Of a stretch of 64,000 nt of DNA, positions 1 to 14,496 are shown piece after piece. The notes under the pieces are model-generated. The model was not told the origin of the DNA and searched no databases. It saw only the letters and a list, made by a program, of their open reading frames with translations. Each line of letters starts with the position of its first letter. Position 1 is the first letter of the stretch. Where the stretch lies: the NCBI RefSeq assembly GCF_009914755.1, contig NC_060932.1; one strand, given 5' to 3'. This DNA is from the human T2T-CHM13v2.0 reference genome, Homo sapiens. The translations under genes and the position numbers were made by a program.

Positions 1-2572
1 GCACTAGTAAAAACATAAAATTGGTTTTATTTTACTGCTCTGATGGAAGACGATTACAAATTATTTCACACCCTTCAAGTATATACAACATAATCTCTAG
101 TATTCAGGATTGCTGAAGTCTGCAACTACATAAGGAATTCTGAATTTTTTCTGAACAACTATAAGTGACTACATTGAGCTAGAGAGTGTGTTACCTTACA
201 AACAGTGTGTCACCTTACAGTGTGATACATTCCTGAAAACTTCATCTGTGCATTTTACTTCAGCTACATGCAAATAGTTTTCGTGGGTGAAGGAAGGACA
301 GTTTTCCTTCTGATTATAAAAAGGTCAAAACATAATTTTTTAAAAGACATGCTTCAAAGGAAAACGTAAAAAAATAAATAAATAAATACCAACACTCCTA
401 TGGAAACAACCCCCTTTTAATTATCCCCAGGACCATGTTGCATTATAATTTACATTCTGGCCAGCTGAGGTTCAAATTAAATAGCTCCATGGGTGACAGG
501 AACCCTGAGGCCCATGAGGATCCTGAGGACACAGGTGACTGTGTCAATGATTTAACAGGGATGGCTTATCCAGCCTTGGTGTCAGCATGGGGCAAAGTAT
601 TGGGAGTCTGATGCATGTAGCCATGTAATTACGCATTTAAGTATATTTTCCTAATTAATTTAAATATGCTTGAAAAGCTCACAAGGCTTGAACCTGAAAA
701 TTCCTGGGGTTTAGTCATTGGAAGGAATCAATGCTCCCTGAAGTGAGAGAGCTTGTCGCATCATTCATGAGCTTTTGAAAGATGCCTTTGATAGAGAAAA
801 TCATATTACTGAAATTTCAAAATTTGGAGAATATGCTTTACCTCTTTTATAATATTAATTTTAGTTAAAAAATGAGGCTGAAAATGTTTTCAGCAACTGA
901 TAGTCTGGTTGCTATTTAAAGCAGGACAAAAGAATGTGCAGGAGCATAAACATTGCTCCTACCATACGATAAATGACTCCTGAAGGACACCCAGACAGTA
1001 GTCAGAGAAGGCAGGAGCAGAGCTGAGAACAGAAATATGATGGCTAGAGTTGTTGATATTTGTGTCAAAATATTCCCAAATGAGAGGGTAAAGTGAGCCA
1101 ACTCTTAGACAAAGAAGTGATTCAGATGCATTCCCAGACAATCTCATAAGGGAGAATGTACCTACAAGCCTTCAACTCAACCTCTAGCCACCCTCACATG
1201 GCCTCATGCCTTGATCCCTGACCTGGGACGCATATCCATGTCTAGGCAACAGTTATTATTTTCTAACTCTGTGAAAATATTGACTCCTGGCCAACTTTTC
1301 TTTGCCTTCAGTTTCTTATTTGATGAATACTTTACAAAATTATAATTTATTGGAAAAAAAATGGAACCGTGGCTCATTTCCCTCCATGAGCACATGCTGT
1401 TTTATCTTGATATGCAAGGTGACAGTGTCTCCTCTCTGGAAGGTTAAGCCACCTGCCCGCACAGGCTCCTTGCTCACATAATTGTGGTGCCTTACAACAT
1501 GGACGGAAGCTAGGGTCATTTTCCCTTTTGATATTGTGTTTCCGAGTTAGAATTAAGAGTTAGTGAAGTCAGAAAGAGACGATTCTTGCTAAACCAATAC
1601 CCAGTGGGGTTTAAAAAACAAACAAACAAACTTAAACAGCCCAGTATAGGAATATCAGTGAAGTTAAACAGCCAGCTTTAGACTCACTCCTGAGGATGCA
1701 GAGTTCTAAAGAATAATAGCAGTCTGGTCAGCAGTGAAAGATACTTGCTTGTATGTGGAGATATCTGAGGTCCCCAAGGAAAAGCAGAATGGTTTAAAAG
1801 CAGAGTAGAGAAACTGAAGGCATCAGCCAGAAAATATAAAGTGAGCTAAACTGGACTTTGCTGAAGCCACAAAATTTTCCCAGATAAGTCATGCTCATAG
1901 ATTTATTATAAACACTCAGTAAACTGCAGCAAACTTCATTAATACATTATACAATCATTTTGTAATTAGTTACTTTTATAAAAGAGTGATTTAATTGCTG
2001 GTTTATCTTCCATTTACGAGGGATGTGCTATGAAAGAATGGGATCACCATCTGATGGCAATTATAGGCATTAGTCAATGTACTTCAGGAGAAATTCCAGG
2101 CTTTTAGATTCAGTCATGCAGTGTGTTACATAGAAAGCAGATATAGAGATATATAAAGGTATATATGTTATATGAAGTAATTCAAAGGCACATATGATTT
2201 ATAAAAGTAATATTAATTTTAATGTGAAGTATCACTTCTAAAAGCAGGCTAATTTCTTAGATTTTAAGACACAGTAAGTAATAGTTCATACTTACTGGTT
2301 AAATGTTCTTGAAATGTTCTAATGAATCAATGTGCTGTACTGTCTCGTGATCTAAATTTCCCACACTTAAATGGCAGGTAGTAATAGCATACGTGTGTCA
2401 GGACTGAACCTACTGAATGTATTCTTAAAATAAAATATTATTTTCTTTGGGATTTAAAAACACACACTTGTAAATATTGATATGAATAACTTTTGATTAA
2501 AAAATTAAAGTAACAGAGCTAGATTGTCTCTGAACCAAGAGCAATAAGATGTAAAATCATAGTGGTACTTAC
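1..2572 (-). other. SGCZ: 5' part of the SGCZ intron downstream of this exon
   Basis: Follows the GTAAGT donor; the next sarcoglycan residues (DGMGNL...) are not seen in the ORF track. Confidence 0.85.
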
Positions 2573-2575
2573 CAC
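2567..2575 (-). promoter_or_regulatory. 5' splice donor GTG|GTAAGT
   Basis: Plus strand acttaccac; consensus intronic hexamer directly after the Val codon. Confidence 0.92.
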
Positions 2576-2767
2576 AGTGAAATTCATAACTTTCAATATC
2601 CATATTGTCATGGCTAAGTTAACTATCATGGTAACCAACAGCAGAAGGACAAAGAAGTATAAGCACCTCTTTCGCCATCCATAAATTCCCACTGGGTAAA
2701 GTTGTGCATTCTCAGTCCTTGGCAGGTTATTCTGTTGGGTTGCTAGTATGTATTGTTCTCGTGTCAT
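2573..2767 (-). CDS. SGCZ: Zeta-sarcoglycan coding exon (probably exon 2): 65 codons, cytoplasmic tail, single transmembrane helix, NFT sequon
   Basis: Translation [65 protein letters not shown] contains the gamma/delta/zeta-sarcoglycan hallmark [11 protein letters not shown] and matches zeta-sarcoglycan as I recall it. Bounded by polypyrimidine-CAG acceptor (2768-2770) and GTG|GTAAGT donor (2567-2572); 195 nt, phase 0/0. Confidence 0.97.
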
Positions 2768-2820
2768 CTGAAAAAGAAAAAAGAAAGAAAGAGAAAGAAG
2801 GAAAAAAAAAGAAGCATTAA
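2768..2820 (-). promoter_or_regulatory. 3' splice site: CAG, 44-nt pure pyrimidine tract, candidate branch point
   Basis: Minus strand reads TTAATG then CTTCTTTTTTTTTCCTTCTTTCTCTTTCTTTCTTTTTTCTTTTT then CAG|ATG. The yUnAy-like TTAAT puts the branch A at 2817. Confidence 0.85.
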
Positions 2821-3103
2821 AAAAAATAAACCCATGATTTTTTTGAAACAAAAGAACAATGTACGTTAAAATAATTGGCAGTGAGCATTCAAATAACTAT
2901 TGTTGTGTAATTAAAATGTTATAGAAAACTTCGAATCATTTTGTTCAATATAGTTTTTTAGAGATGTTTAATTCATTGTTATATCCACAATATATATATT
3001 ATTTCCAGTCAGATTTGTCCCATTTCAACAGTAAGTTTTTCCCTTGGGAGGCTCAGGTCTACCTCCAGTTACTGGTAACTAAAGAACTCTACTCATGTCC
3101 AAG

Positions 3104-3489
3104 TGATACAGTTTGGATCTATGTCCCCACCAAAATCTCATCTTGAATTGTACTCTCCAATGTTGGAGATGGCTCCTGGCGAAAGGTGATGAGATCATGG
3201 CAGTGAATTTCCCCCTTTGGTGCTGTTCTGGTAATAGAGTTCTCATGGGACGTGGTTAAGTGGGTGGCACCTCCCCACTCCCTCTTGGACCTGCTCCTGC
3301 CATATAAGACGTGTCTGTTTCCCCTTTGCCTTCCACCATGATTGTAAGTTTCCTGAGGCCTCCCCAGAAGCAAAAGCCTCTATGCTTCCTGTACAGCCTG
3401 TAGAACTAGGAGCCAATTAAACCTCTTTTCTTTGTCAATTACCCCGTCTCAAATATTTTTTTATACCAGAGCAAGAATAGATGAATACA
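3104..3489 (+). mobile_element. MaLR solo LTR (MST family, MSTA/MSTB-like)
   Basis: Starts TGATACAGTTTGGATCTATGTCCCCACC, contains ATTGTAAGTTTCCTGAGGCCTCCCCAGAAGC, ends AATACA; perfect 5-bp TSD CCAAG at 3099-3103 and 3490-3494. Confidence 0.9.
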
Positions 3490-4283
3490 CCAAGCTACAC
3501 TTAGACTATGATTTACCTGTTCTTTGCAGTAGAGAGAGACTGACTCTACCACAAGGATTTTCTGTACCTTTCTCTAAAAATGCAGGATACAAATGGTTCA
3601 GTATATATGCTTCAGTAAAAATATTAGTGTATTTGCAAGAACCTATGAAAGAAAATTCACATTTGTGCAGATTTATGTAGACAATAGCTATCAAATTAAG
3701 TTTTATTCAGAATTATGTTGGTTATTTTAGTTGTATTTCAATGAGTTATCAGAAAAAAATATTTAACTCTAAGAACACTATATATTATACCATACTATTT
3801 CATAATGTAATGAAATTAGAAGTCAGTTCTGAAAAACTAAAGATGATATTCTTTGATAATGCATACATTCAGGTTCTAGAATTAATTCTTTCAATAAGCA
3901 AATGCATTTTTTACTGTCTTATACAACTTAGAAATATGGATAAGAAGAGTAAAACAATATGAATAAGCACTGAATATGTCTTAAGTGTACAATTTTCAGA
4001 ATAACATATTTATTACCAGAAGGATGGAAACTGATTTTTATAAAATATAATTTTCTATAAGACAATAATTGTTCATTATTATCTCTTCAGTTTTTTCTCA
4101 GATTGCTTTTATACTTATTAAATGACGAATCTAACATAAATACTTCTGAATAAATTATACACAAATAAAAATAATATTAATAAGTAATTAAATTATATGT
4201 TAAGTAATATAAAATATATGTACTATACAATTATCATTGTAATGTTCATTGACTCAATCCTACTGTAGATAAAATGTTGAGAA

Positions 4284-5560
4284 TTTTTTTTTCCATAGGT
4301 TTTTGGGAAACAGGTGATATTTGGTTACATGAGTAAGTTCTTTAGTGGTGATTTGTGAGATTTTTATGCATCCATCACCTCAGCAGTCTATAATGAACCC
4401 AATTTGTAGCCTTTTCTCGTTCACTCACTTCTCACCATTTCCCCCTGAGTGCCCAAAGTCCATTGTGTCATTCTTATTCCTTTGTATCCTCACAGCTTAG
4501 CTCCCACTTATGAGTGAGAACATGGAATGTTTGGTTTTCCATTCCTAAGTTACTTTTACTTCACTTAGAATAATAGTCTCCAATCCCATCCAGGTTGCTG
4601 CAAATGCCATTAATTCCTTCCTTTTTATGGCTGAGTAGTATTCCACTGTACATATATATACCACAGCTTATTGACTGATGGGCATTTGGGCTGGTTCCAT
4701 ATTTTTGTAATTGTGAATTGTGCTGCTATAAACATGAAAGTGAAGTATTTTTTTTGTATAATGACTTCTTTTACTCTGGGTAGGTACTCAGTAGTGGGAT
4801 TGCTAGATCAAATGGTAGTTCTACATTTAATTATTTCAGGAATCTCCCCACTATTTTCCATAATGTTTGTACTAGTTTACATTCCTACCAGTGGTGTAGA
4901 AGTATTCCTTTTTCACTGCATCTACACCAATGCCTATTACTTTTTGATTTTTTGATTATGGCCATTTTTGAGGTAGTAAGGTGGTATTGCATTGTGGTTT
5001 TTATATGCATTTCCATGATCATTTGTGATGTTAAGCATTTTTTCATGTGTTTATTGGTCATTTGTATATCTTTTTTTTGAGAACTGTCTATTTATGTCCT
5101 TACCCACTTTTTGATGGGGATTTTTTTTTTGCTACTTTGTTTGAGTTCCTAGTAGATTTTGGATAGTAGTCTTTTGTTGAATGTATAGATTGTGAAGATT
5201 TTCTCCCACCCTGTGGGTTGTCTGTTTACCTTTCTGAGTGTTCCTTTTGTAATGCAAAAGCTCTTCAATTTAAGTCCTAGCTATTTATCTTTGTTCTTAT
5301 TGCATTTGCTTTTGGGCTCTTAGTCATGAAATCCTTGCTTAAGTTAATATCTGGAAGGATTTTTCCAATGTTATCTTCTAGAATTTTTATAATTTCAGGT
5401 TTTAGATTTAAGTCCTTGATCCATCTTGAGTTGATTTTTGTATAAGGTGGGAGATGAGGATCCAGTTTCATTATCCTACACATGGCTTGCCAATTACCCC
5501 CACACCATTTGTTGAATAGGGTGTCCTTTCCCTACTTCGTGTTTTTGTTTGCTTTGTTAA
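4284..5560 (-). mobile_element. L1 (L1PB-like) 3' end, non-inverted segment of a 5'-inverted insertion
   Basis: T-rich tail, L1PB-type 3' UTR and ORF2 remnants ([24 protein letters not shown]). Confidence 0.9.
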
Positions 5561-6133
5561 ACACAAATAGAGAATCTCAGGTCACACCTCAAGGAACTAG
5601 AGAAACAAGAAAAACCAAACCCAAACCCAGCAGAAGAAAGAAAATAACCAAGATCAGAGCAGAAGTAAATGAAATTGAAACAAACAAACAAAAATACAAC
5701 AGATAAATGAAACACAAAGCTGGTTCTTTGAAAAGATAAATAAAATTGATAGGCCATTAGCAAGATTAACCAAGAAAAGAATAGCGAAGCTCCAAATAAG
5801 CACAATTAGAAATGAAATGGGAGACAATACATCTGACATCACAGAAATACAGAAGATCATTTAAGGCTACTATGAACATTTTAAGTGCATAGACTACAAA
5901 ACCTAGAGGACATGGCTCAATTCCCAAAAAGATACAACCTTCCTAGTTTAATTCAGGAAGCATTAGAAACACTGAACAGACCAATAACAAGCAGTGAGAT
6001 TGAAACTGTAATAAAAAATTACCAACAAAAAGAGTCCAGGACCAGTTGGATTCACAGCTGAATTCTACCAGATATTCAAAGAAGAATTGGTATCAATCCT
6101 GTTGACACTATTCCAAAAGATAGAGTAAGAGGG

Positions 6134-6550
<417 letters not shown>

Positions 6551-7919
6551 CTACGGACCAATATCCCTCATAAACATAGATGTTAAAATCCTTAACAAAA
6601 TACTAGCTAACCAAATCCAATAGTATATCAAAAAGATAATTCACCATGATCAAGTGGGTTTCATACCAGGAATGCAGTGATATGCAAGTCAATAAAAAAT
6701 ATGATACACCACATAAATAGAATCAGAAACAAAAATCACATAATCATCCCAATAGAGGCAAAAAACACATCTGACAAAATTAGCATCCCTTTATGATTAA
6801 AACCCTCAACAAAACTGGCACAGAAGGGACATACCTCAATGTAATAAAAGCCATCTATGACAAACCCTCAGTCAACATAACAGTGAATGCGGAAAAGTTG
6901 AAAGCATTCTCTCTGAGAACTGGAACAAGATAAGGATGTCCCCTCTCACCACTCCTCTTCAACATAGTACTAGAAGTCCTAGTCAGAGCAATCAGACAAG
7001 AAAAAGAAATAAAGGGCATCCAAATTGGTAAAGAGAAAGTCAAACTGTCACTGTTTGCTGATGATATGATTGTATACCTAGAAAACCCTAAAGACCCCTC
7101 CAAAAAGCTCCTAGAACTGATGAATGAATTCAGCAAAGTTTTAGGATACAAAACTAATGTACACAAATCAGTAGTTCTGCTATACACCAACAGTGACCAA
7201 GCTGAGAATCAAATCAAGAACTCGACCCCTTTTACCATAGAGCAAAAAATAAAATAAAATACTTAGAAATATACCTAACCAATGAGGTTAAAGACCTTTA
7301 CAAGAAAAACTACAAAACACTACCGAAAGAAATTATAGATGACACAAACAAATGGAAACACATCCCATGCTCATGGATGGGTAGAATCAATATTGTGAAA
7401 ACGACCATACTTCCCAAAGCAATCTACAAATTCAATGTTGAGAAATTTTTATAAAAATTATTTGGTTTTCCATCTTTTTGTTTTAATTTCAAAATTACTG
7501 TAATTTCAAACTGCATTAATGTCCTGTTAAATCTTATGTTTCCATTTTTTACCATTGAGGCATGTTATGCTTCATACAATAAAAATAATTGGATAAGCTA
7601 TTAAAATATCATAATTTTAAATGAATTGGAAACGCTGATAACGGTAGATAATTCATAGCAAGTTCTCTCAGAATGTAAAAAATCCTATTTATTATCATTA
7701 TTATTTAAGTTAACATGTACTATTTCCTTAAAACTGACCATAAAGCTTTATTTCTTAATTAAACTCTGATTTGGCGTAGATGTGAAACCCATTATGTTAT
7801 GTAACATAAGTGTTATAACAGATGATAAGTTGCCAAGGAATTGACTTTGCCTGAGGAATTTGGTAGAAATTTCAAGGTTCTGACAGTGGTTTTGATAATA
7901 TAGTAGAGAAAACATAAAA

Positions 7920-8220
7920 AGAGAATAGGATGAAGAGAATTTGGTTAAGGTGTACAAAATACAGTTCGATAGAAGGGATGAGTTCTAGCATTTCAGCAGA
8001 ACAGTAGGGAAATTATAGTTAACAATAATTTATTGCACATTTCAAAAGAGCTAGGAGAGAAGACTTGTAATGTTCCCAACACAGATAAAAGATAAATGTT
8101 TGAGGTTATGAATAACCTAATTGTCCTGATTTGATCATCCAACTTTGTATACAGATATCAAAATACTACATCTACCCCAAAATATATACAACATATATAT
8201 ATATGTATAAATTTTTAAAA
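7920..8220 (+). mobile_element. L1MA-type 3' UTR fragment
   Basis: TACAAAATACAGTTCGATAGAAGG...ATAGTTAACAATAATTTATTG...AATGTTTGAGGTTATG motifs typical of L1MA 3' ends. Confidence 0.75.
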
Positions 8221-11200
8221 AGCAGAATTTTAAAAATGAAGATTAAAGGAGCTCTGGGGATGATCACATTTAATGGGAAGAACAAGGAGGAGCGGAGAAG
8301 GGGAAGAATGTGGATGTAGGAGGAGCATAGGAGAAAGCTGAAGACTGAATGTTCCTCACTGGCAAGTAGGAGACCTTCCCCTTGTAGAGTTGGTCTCTGA
8401 AAATTCCAAGTTAAGTGCTATGACTCTTCAGATCATCGAATCCCCTTTATCTCATATTAAAGCAAACTTATTTTCTAGAATGTTCTATTTCTACAAATTA
8501 TATTTCAATATGAAGGTGAAATTACTGTGCATTAGAAATGAAAACTTACTAAATCTATGAAATAAAACATACACAACTACAAAGAAAATTGTCTTTCAGC
8601 AATAAGATTGAAATTTTTTTTGGTAAAGCAACAGAGATTTGGTAACTATATCAAATGCCTCTAACAATTTTGACAAGCAAATGAGATAACAAGAGGCTAA
8701 AAGAAAAGTTGTGAAAAAAACAAAACACAAAAAAAAGTTATGAAATTAAAGCTATGTTTATCTCCTCAAGAAATTCAATATTATTTTCTTTAATAAAGCT
8801 TAGTTTAACATTATTATTTTATAAATTGTCTTCATCACAAAATACTTTAGAGCATCTACGCTGCAGTAAGAAAAGGTTAGACTTTTCTTTTAAAAGTTCC
8901 TTTTTTTGTTGTTAAATCTGAGTGTTTTTCAAGATCACAAAAGCTTTCAGTGGCTGTTTTAGTGCAATAGTAGTATTAGCAGAAGAATAAAAACATATAA
9001 TTCTAAGTGATTATGCAAACTATCCTCCATTTGAAACTTTACAACTTTAGCTTTAAATGTTTAATATTGCCATTTTTAAGCATTAACTATATTCTGAAAT
9101 ACATTGTTTTCTTTGGCATTATGAAACTTCTATAAATAAAAGTATTTTTTACTAACTGCCTATTGTCATTCTAATGGAATCTACCAAACAATGCTGCAAT
9201 TGCAGAGGTACTGATTTTCTCAGAACAGTTAAGTGGATTTCAGAGAGTTGATCACAATTTTCTGAGAGACAATATCATAGTACCAAGATGTTTCTCTGGC
9301 TTCATAATATTGCTGTACCTCCCTTTTGATGTTAATTCAATGCCCTCAAAATCTGTTTGTTACAATTATCTTGGTTTTCTTGGCTACTTACAGTAACTAG
9401 GACCCTTTTTATTTTAGTTTTGCCATTCTGTTTCATATCACATTTTATGTTTAAAAAGCATTCATTAGAATCAAATGACTTCTAAAATCTAATGTTTCTT
9501 AGCTAATACTAAGGAAGTTTTCAGCATTCTTGGGTCAAAATGAGTATCCGCATTGCTTATATTACTTTAAATGCATTTACTTGGATCCTCCTGCAATTCA
9601 GGGAAGAGCTGGTTTAAATTTGCACTTTGAAATTTCTCTACAAAGGAATACACTTTCCAACGCAGTATTTTATCTAATAATGTAAATAACATTTCTGGCA
9701 AGATGTTATAAGGTTCAATGAAAGATGCCTGATCAAATAGAATTACATGTCAATTTTTGGACATTTTTCTCCCAAGGTGTGGAAAATCTGGTTTTCAGAC
9801 AGGGTTAGTTTGCTGGTAAATTTAAAAACACAGCATGTAGACAACAGAAGGGAATGAATTAATTTGGAATCACCTAAACATGGTTCATCACTAATAATCG
9901 AGCCCTAGAGAATTCTGGTGACTTCTACTGATCTGGATGGTATGGGAGAAAAAATAACTAGGGTAGCAGAGACCATTTTTTACCTTAGTCCCTTGCCTCA
10001 CGTAAGGGGAAAATAGTTCAAAATATTAGTGCCCAGGAAATTTACTAATAATTCCAAACTAGCTGGAATCATTACTTCAGTATTTTTATATAAGTATTCA
10101 GGACTGGGAATAGTAGTTGAGCCTCCGAGCAGAAGATTGTTTTCATTTAATAAAATATTTACGAGTGAAAACTATTGGAAGGTAGAGGTCAAGATTGATG
10201 CATTATGAATCTCACGTTTGACGAAAACACAATATGTGCATAGAAAAATAAATAACAACATTATCAAGTAGTAACATGATCTGAAGATGATAAATACAAT
10301 AAAAAAGAAATACATTATATAAGCAATATAATGTTAATTAGTGATAGATATTACAAATATAATGGACATGGTAATATAATCGGGGACTACTTTTAAAATG
10401 GTAGAAAGAGAATATCTTTCAGAGCAAGTGACACCTGAGATGAGACTAAAATGAAGAAGAGACACAAAAGAAGTTTTTATTTGAAGGCCTAATTGGAGTG
10501 GGATAAACAGAAAATTTTAAAAATTAAGAAGTAGAGACAGCAAATGTAGACAATTTTTGAGAGATAAAGAAAATCCAATAAATAGAATTGTAGATGAGTG
10601 TCTGGGGGTCTTGTATTGCAGTATTAAACCCACGACCAATACCAACGTATACAAAAGATAATAGAAAACTGAAAACAAATGAGGAAAATGAATGTGAGAT
10701 CAATAATTGAAGTGACGAAGCTGGGATCAAGAGAGAAGTCACGTGATCTTAGAGATGTGGTAGCAGAGGAACTAGAGACAATGTCAGCAGATCACCCAGT
10801 CAACTGGGCTACCCAAAGGAGGAGTAGTATAGACAGGTAATAATTATTATAATCCAAAGAGAATATTCCTTGACCTTATACACTATTATGCTGACATGGA
10901 GGACTCACATTAGCTTATGAAAAACTGAAGATAGCTGTGCTATGGCTGAAGTTTGCAGGAGTCTGGCTCCGGGACAAGTGGTACTGAGTGTCGCCTCCTC
11001 CACAGTGTGCTTCCTCAGAGCCTCATTACCCCAAGCTTGCTCTGTGTGGATTTCAGTGTCTGAGATTTAGGATACCTGCAAGTAAAAGTACAGTCTTCAC
11101 CTTTTCTACTCCAAGAGTCTTTCCATTCCTTCAGTGAGGTTTTATTTTTATTTTCTAAAATGGAAGTGGAAGAAGGAGGGCATAAGAGAATATTATGAGA

Positions 11201-12234
11201 TATGGCTTCTTTCTGGATAGACGGCAAAGGCTAAAATAAATGACTCCTGTTAATAGGTGTGAGTGGACAGAAAGAAAAAAGTCGTTAAGGAAATGTACAA
11301 TGCCTAAGACAATTCGTTTAAGTTGTTGTTGGCTATATTAAGGGTCTAAATACAAACTATCAATAGAATGCCTTGTTTTATTTTCTGTAAGGCAGAAATA
11401 TTGTCTGAAAGGATGAATAAATTATCCCACCTAAATGTGTGCCACAGGTTTGCTTCTTTATAACCCTGTAAGTGTAGGGATCTGAAAAATTTAAAACTGG
11501 CAATAAGAACTAAGTTTAGAGGTGAGATCTGGTACATAGCTTTTAAAAATCCAAGTTTCATCAAGAAGACAAAAAGAACTCTCGAGCTTTGTACAAAAGC
11601 TTGAGGAAGTAATAAAGTTAATTTAAGTCCAGCTGTTGAGAACCTATTATCTCTAGTCCAAATTTTATCACTAAGTAGTCAAAAGATAAAGTCAAAAACA
11701 GAATGCAATTGTATATTGAAAAATATAATTGATATAATTTTTTAAAAATATTACATTTAACAATTTATAATATTACTCACATAAACCCTGAATATAATGA
11801 GGAGAGACATGCACAAATGTTGGAGGTAAACAGTAAATTATTTGCTCTTCTCACTCACTAATTTGATTCCTTAAAATTAAAATATAAATTGAGCCTCTAA
11901 TTTCTGTTTAGACCTGTGTTCCCTGTTATGGGAAATATGAATATAAAAGAGAAGCATGTGAGTCCTGGATAGCAAGATAGATAATTTGAGAAATTGCTTT
12001 TAATTTCTGATGATGAAGCTAGCATTTGGCGTGCTGAAATAGCAACATGCAACATCCTTGTGACCATGCAAATTTAATCTGGATTCCAAAACCTCTTCAG
12101 TTCCTTACTGGGAGTGTTGATATTCCAGGAGAAGTGGTAAATCATGTTGCTGTCACTGTTCATTAGGTGTTGATCATATTAGATTTAACACTACAATATC
12201 AGTCATCTGTTGTTTATTCAGGCAAGGAATGCGA

Positions 12235-12360
12235 CACAATAGTTTAAAATGCAGTCCTAGACTTACTGAGTTCAGATCCCAGCTTGTCCATTGCCTTCTG
12301 TGCGTCTTAGGGAAAGTCACTTAGCCTCTCTCTGTCCCAGTTTCCTCAAAGCTCAAATGC
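12235..12360 (+). mobile_element. MIR fragment
   Basis: GAGTTCAGATCCCAGCT...AAGTCACTTAGCCTCTCTCTGTCCCAGTTTCCTCA core. Confidence 0.7.
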
Positions 12361-14496
12361 ATATTACATTGACATATATAAAGGCAATCTGGGAGTAGAA
12401 AAGGAGGATGTTAAAGTACTCTTTTCATTTTAACTAGTAAAAGTACTCATTTTTAAAATGTATCGTCTACCCCTTAGCTAGTGATCCCCTACTTAAGTAC
12501 TGTAGAAGTATTTTTATTGGAATTAACTTTTAAAGACATGGTTGCAATAGAATTTTTAAAACATAATGCTTGAAGGGTCCAAATTATGTGGTGTGAACTT
12601 TCCATACCAAAAAGGCATTTTGTTTTCTGCTCCAACAAAATGAGTCTCTAAACAGCTACTAATGTTGAGAGAGATTGAAACAATACAGTAAAGCCTACTT
12701 ACCACGGCAATTTAAACTTCTCCCTATCTATGATACTTAATGCTCAAAGGGACATTTCAGCATAATGATAGTCAAAATTTGCTGTATAAGAAAAACGGCC
12801 ATTTGGAGTGGATTTTTTTTTTCTACTTGGTTTATGGAAAATGCTGTAGTCAGGTTTTGCAGCACGGAAAAGAAGCAACCTAGCAACTGAATTTCAAGAA
12901 TGATGAAAGATATCTGAGTCAAATGTGCTGCCTCTTGAGACAGGAAATAGATGATTCTAGCCAAGCCTGACAGAAAAGAGAAAACTGAATAGGCACTAAA
13001 AGGGAAACATTCCCAGATGAAAACAACTTTTATTTAAAATGTGGACTTTTAAAAAATAATTTTTTTCAGTCATTCTTAGTTTTCTTTACATACCTCATAC
13101 ATCCTAAAATTAGACAGTTTTATGTGGGAAATAGTTATCCAGTATTTCATTGGATGAAAATGCAATGACTTTTTTTTTTTTGACATTTATTTAGGCACAG
13201 GTTTACATTTGGGCTTTTAACTTTGAAATCATTTCATTCTCAGAGCTTTTCTGCTAATAAGAATAGAAATACTTAGCCATTAATGCAATTTTGAAGGAGC
13301 CCAAGGTAGTCTTTTTCCTGCTCAGAGGTTATCAACATGGAGAGATAAAACAACAAAGACAGTCCACGGGCACCATTTACACTAAAATTGCAAGCATGAG
13401 ACACTCATTGGTGAGTCCTGCTGCATGTTCACAGCAGGGGAAGAAGGAAAAATCTTTAAGGAAAAACAAATTGGCCAGAAACGCAGCAGGAGAGCTTAAC
13501 TGGGCAAGCAGAAAGCCCACACTACTTCAAACAGTAAGGATTAACAAGAAAACATATTTGAAAAACAATGGTAAGAAAACATATCCAGAAAGAGGAGGGG
13601 ATATTGTCTTGTATTCTAACACCAAGCAGAACAAGGTAATGAGAAAAAAGATAATAGAGGATGGCTTCCATAACACTGATAATAAAGAGAAAGACACCAA
13701 TGGTTATGAAAAATCTTGCAAACAATTTTCAAAATACCTTATTGGAACGTCATTTTTTTTTCCACTCTGACAAACTTCTTTACATTTTACCAGATTCATG
13801 TAAATTATTTATAGTGTAGTCAAATTTATTTTGATGTAAAATTTTCAAATGGATAATAAATCTATGGGAAATTCGTTCTGCTTTGGGTTATCTCACTTAT
13901 GGAGATGAAAGGACAAATTCACAATGAATATGTTTTAATTTAAAATGAACTGCTTTAAACAAATGAAACAGAAGATCTTGCAGAGACCAACAAAGTCTAA
14001 CTAAAATAAGTGTTTAATCAGAATATTATTATATGCTGACTATTTAGATAAAGAGAAAGCAGTTGGACTAATAATTTTATTTTTATTCTCTTGAATTATT
14101 TACATTTTAAAAGAGAAAAAAGATAAGCCCGAATATTGATATAACAAGGTAGAGGCAGACAGGAAATGGGAAGGAGTACAGCATTCAATGGCACAAACAA
14201 GGAAGTAAAAAGTGGCCGAATGGCCATCATAAGATGGGGCCAGTGTGGGTAGATCTCTCCATCCCTGCTGGGTGATTCCCTACTGAGGCCAGACCCTGAT
14301 TCTCTGCTCTCCACTGGCGGATCTCAGTAGAGACCATACAAGAGACAATGGACCCAAGAAAGGTGAAAGCTTTACTCATCATTACTTACAACTGAGGTAC
14401 ACCTATATCATGAGTACAATTTGCCTTTCCACCAAAGATGAAAAAGGAAAAGAGAAAATGACTGATGCTACCTTCTTCTTTTGTTTTACATGATAG

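Noticed and set aside
185-224. Short direct repeat AGTGTGT(T/C)ACCTTACA
   Set aside because: Ordinary micro-duplication; no regular spacer structure, not CRISPR-like.
2519-2851. Full 110-aa ORF as a stand-alone protein
   Set aside because: Only 2573-2767 is exon; the F/L/S-rich N-terminus is the translated polypyrimidine tract and the C-terminus is read-through past the donor.
13291-13770. 159-aa lysine-rich ORF outside obvious repeats
   Set aside because: Starts at TTG, reflects A-rich composition, is antisense to the host gene and resembles no protein family I recognise.
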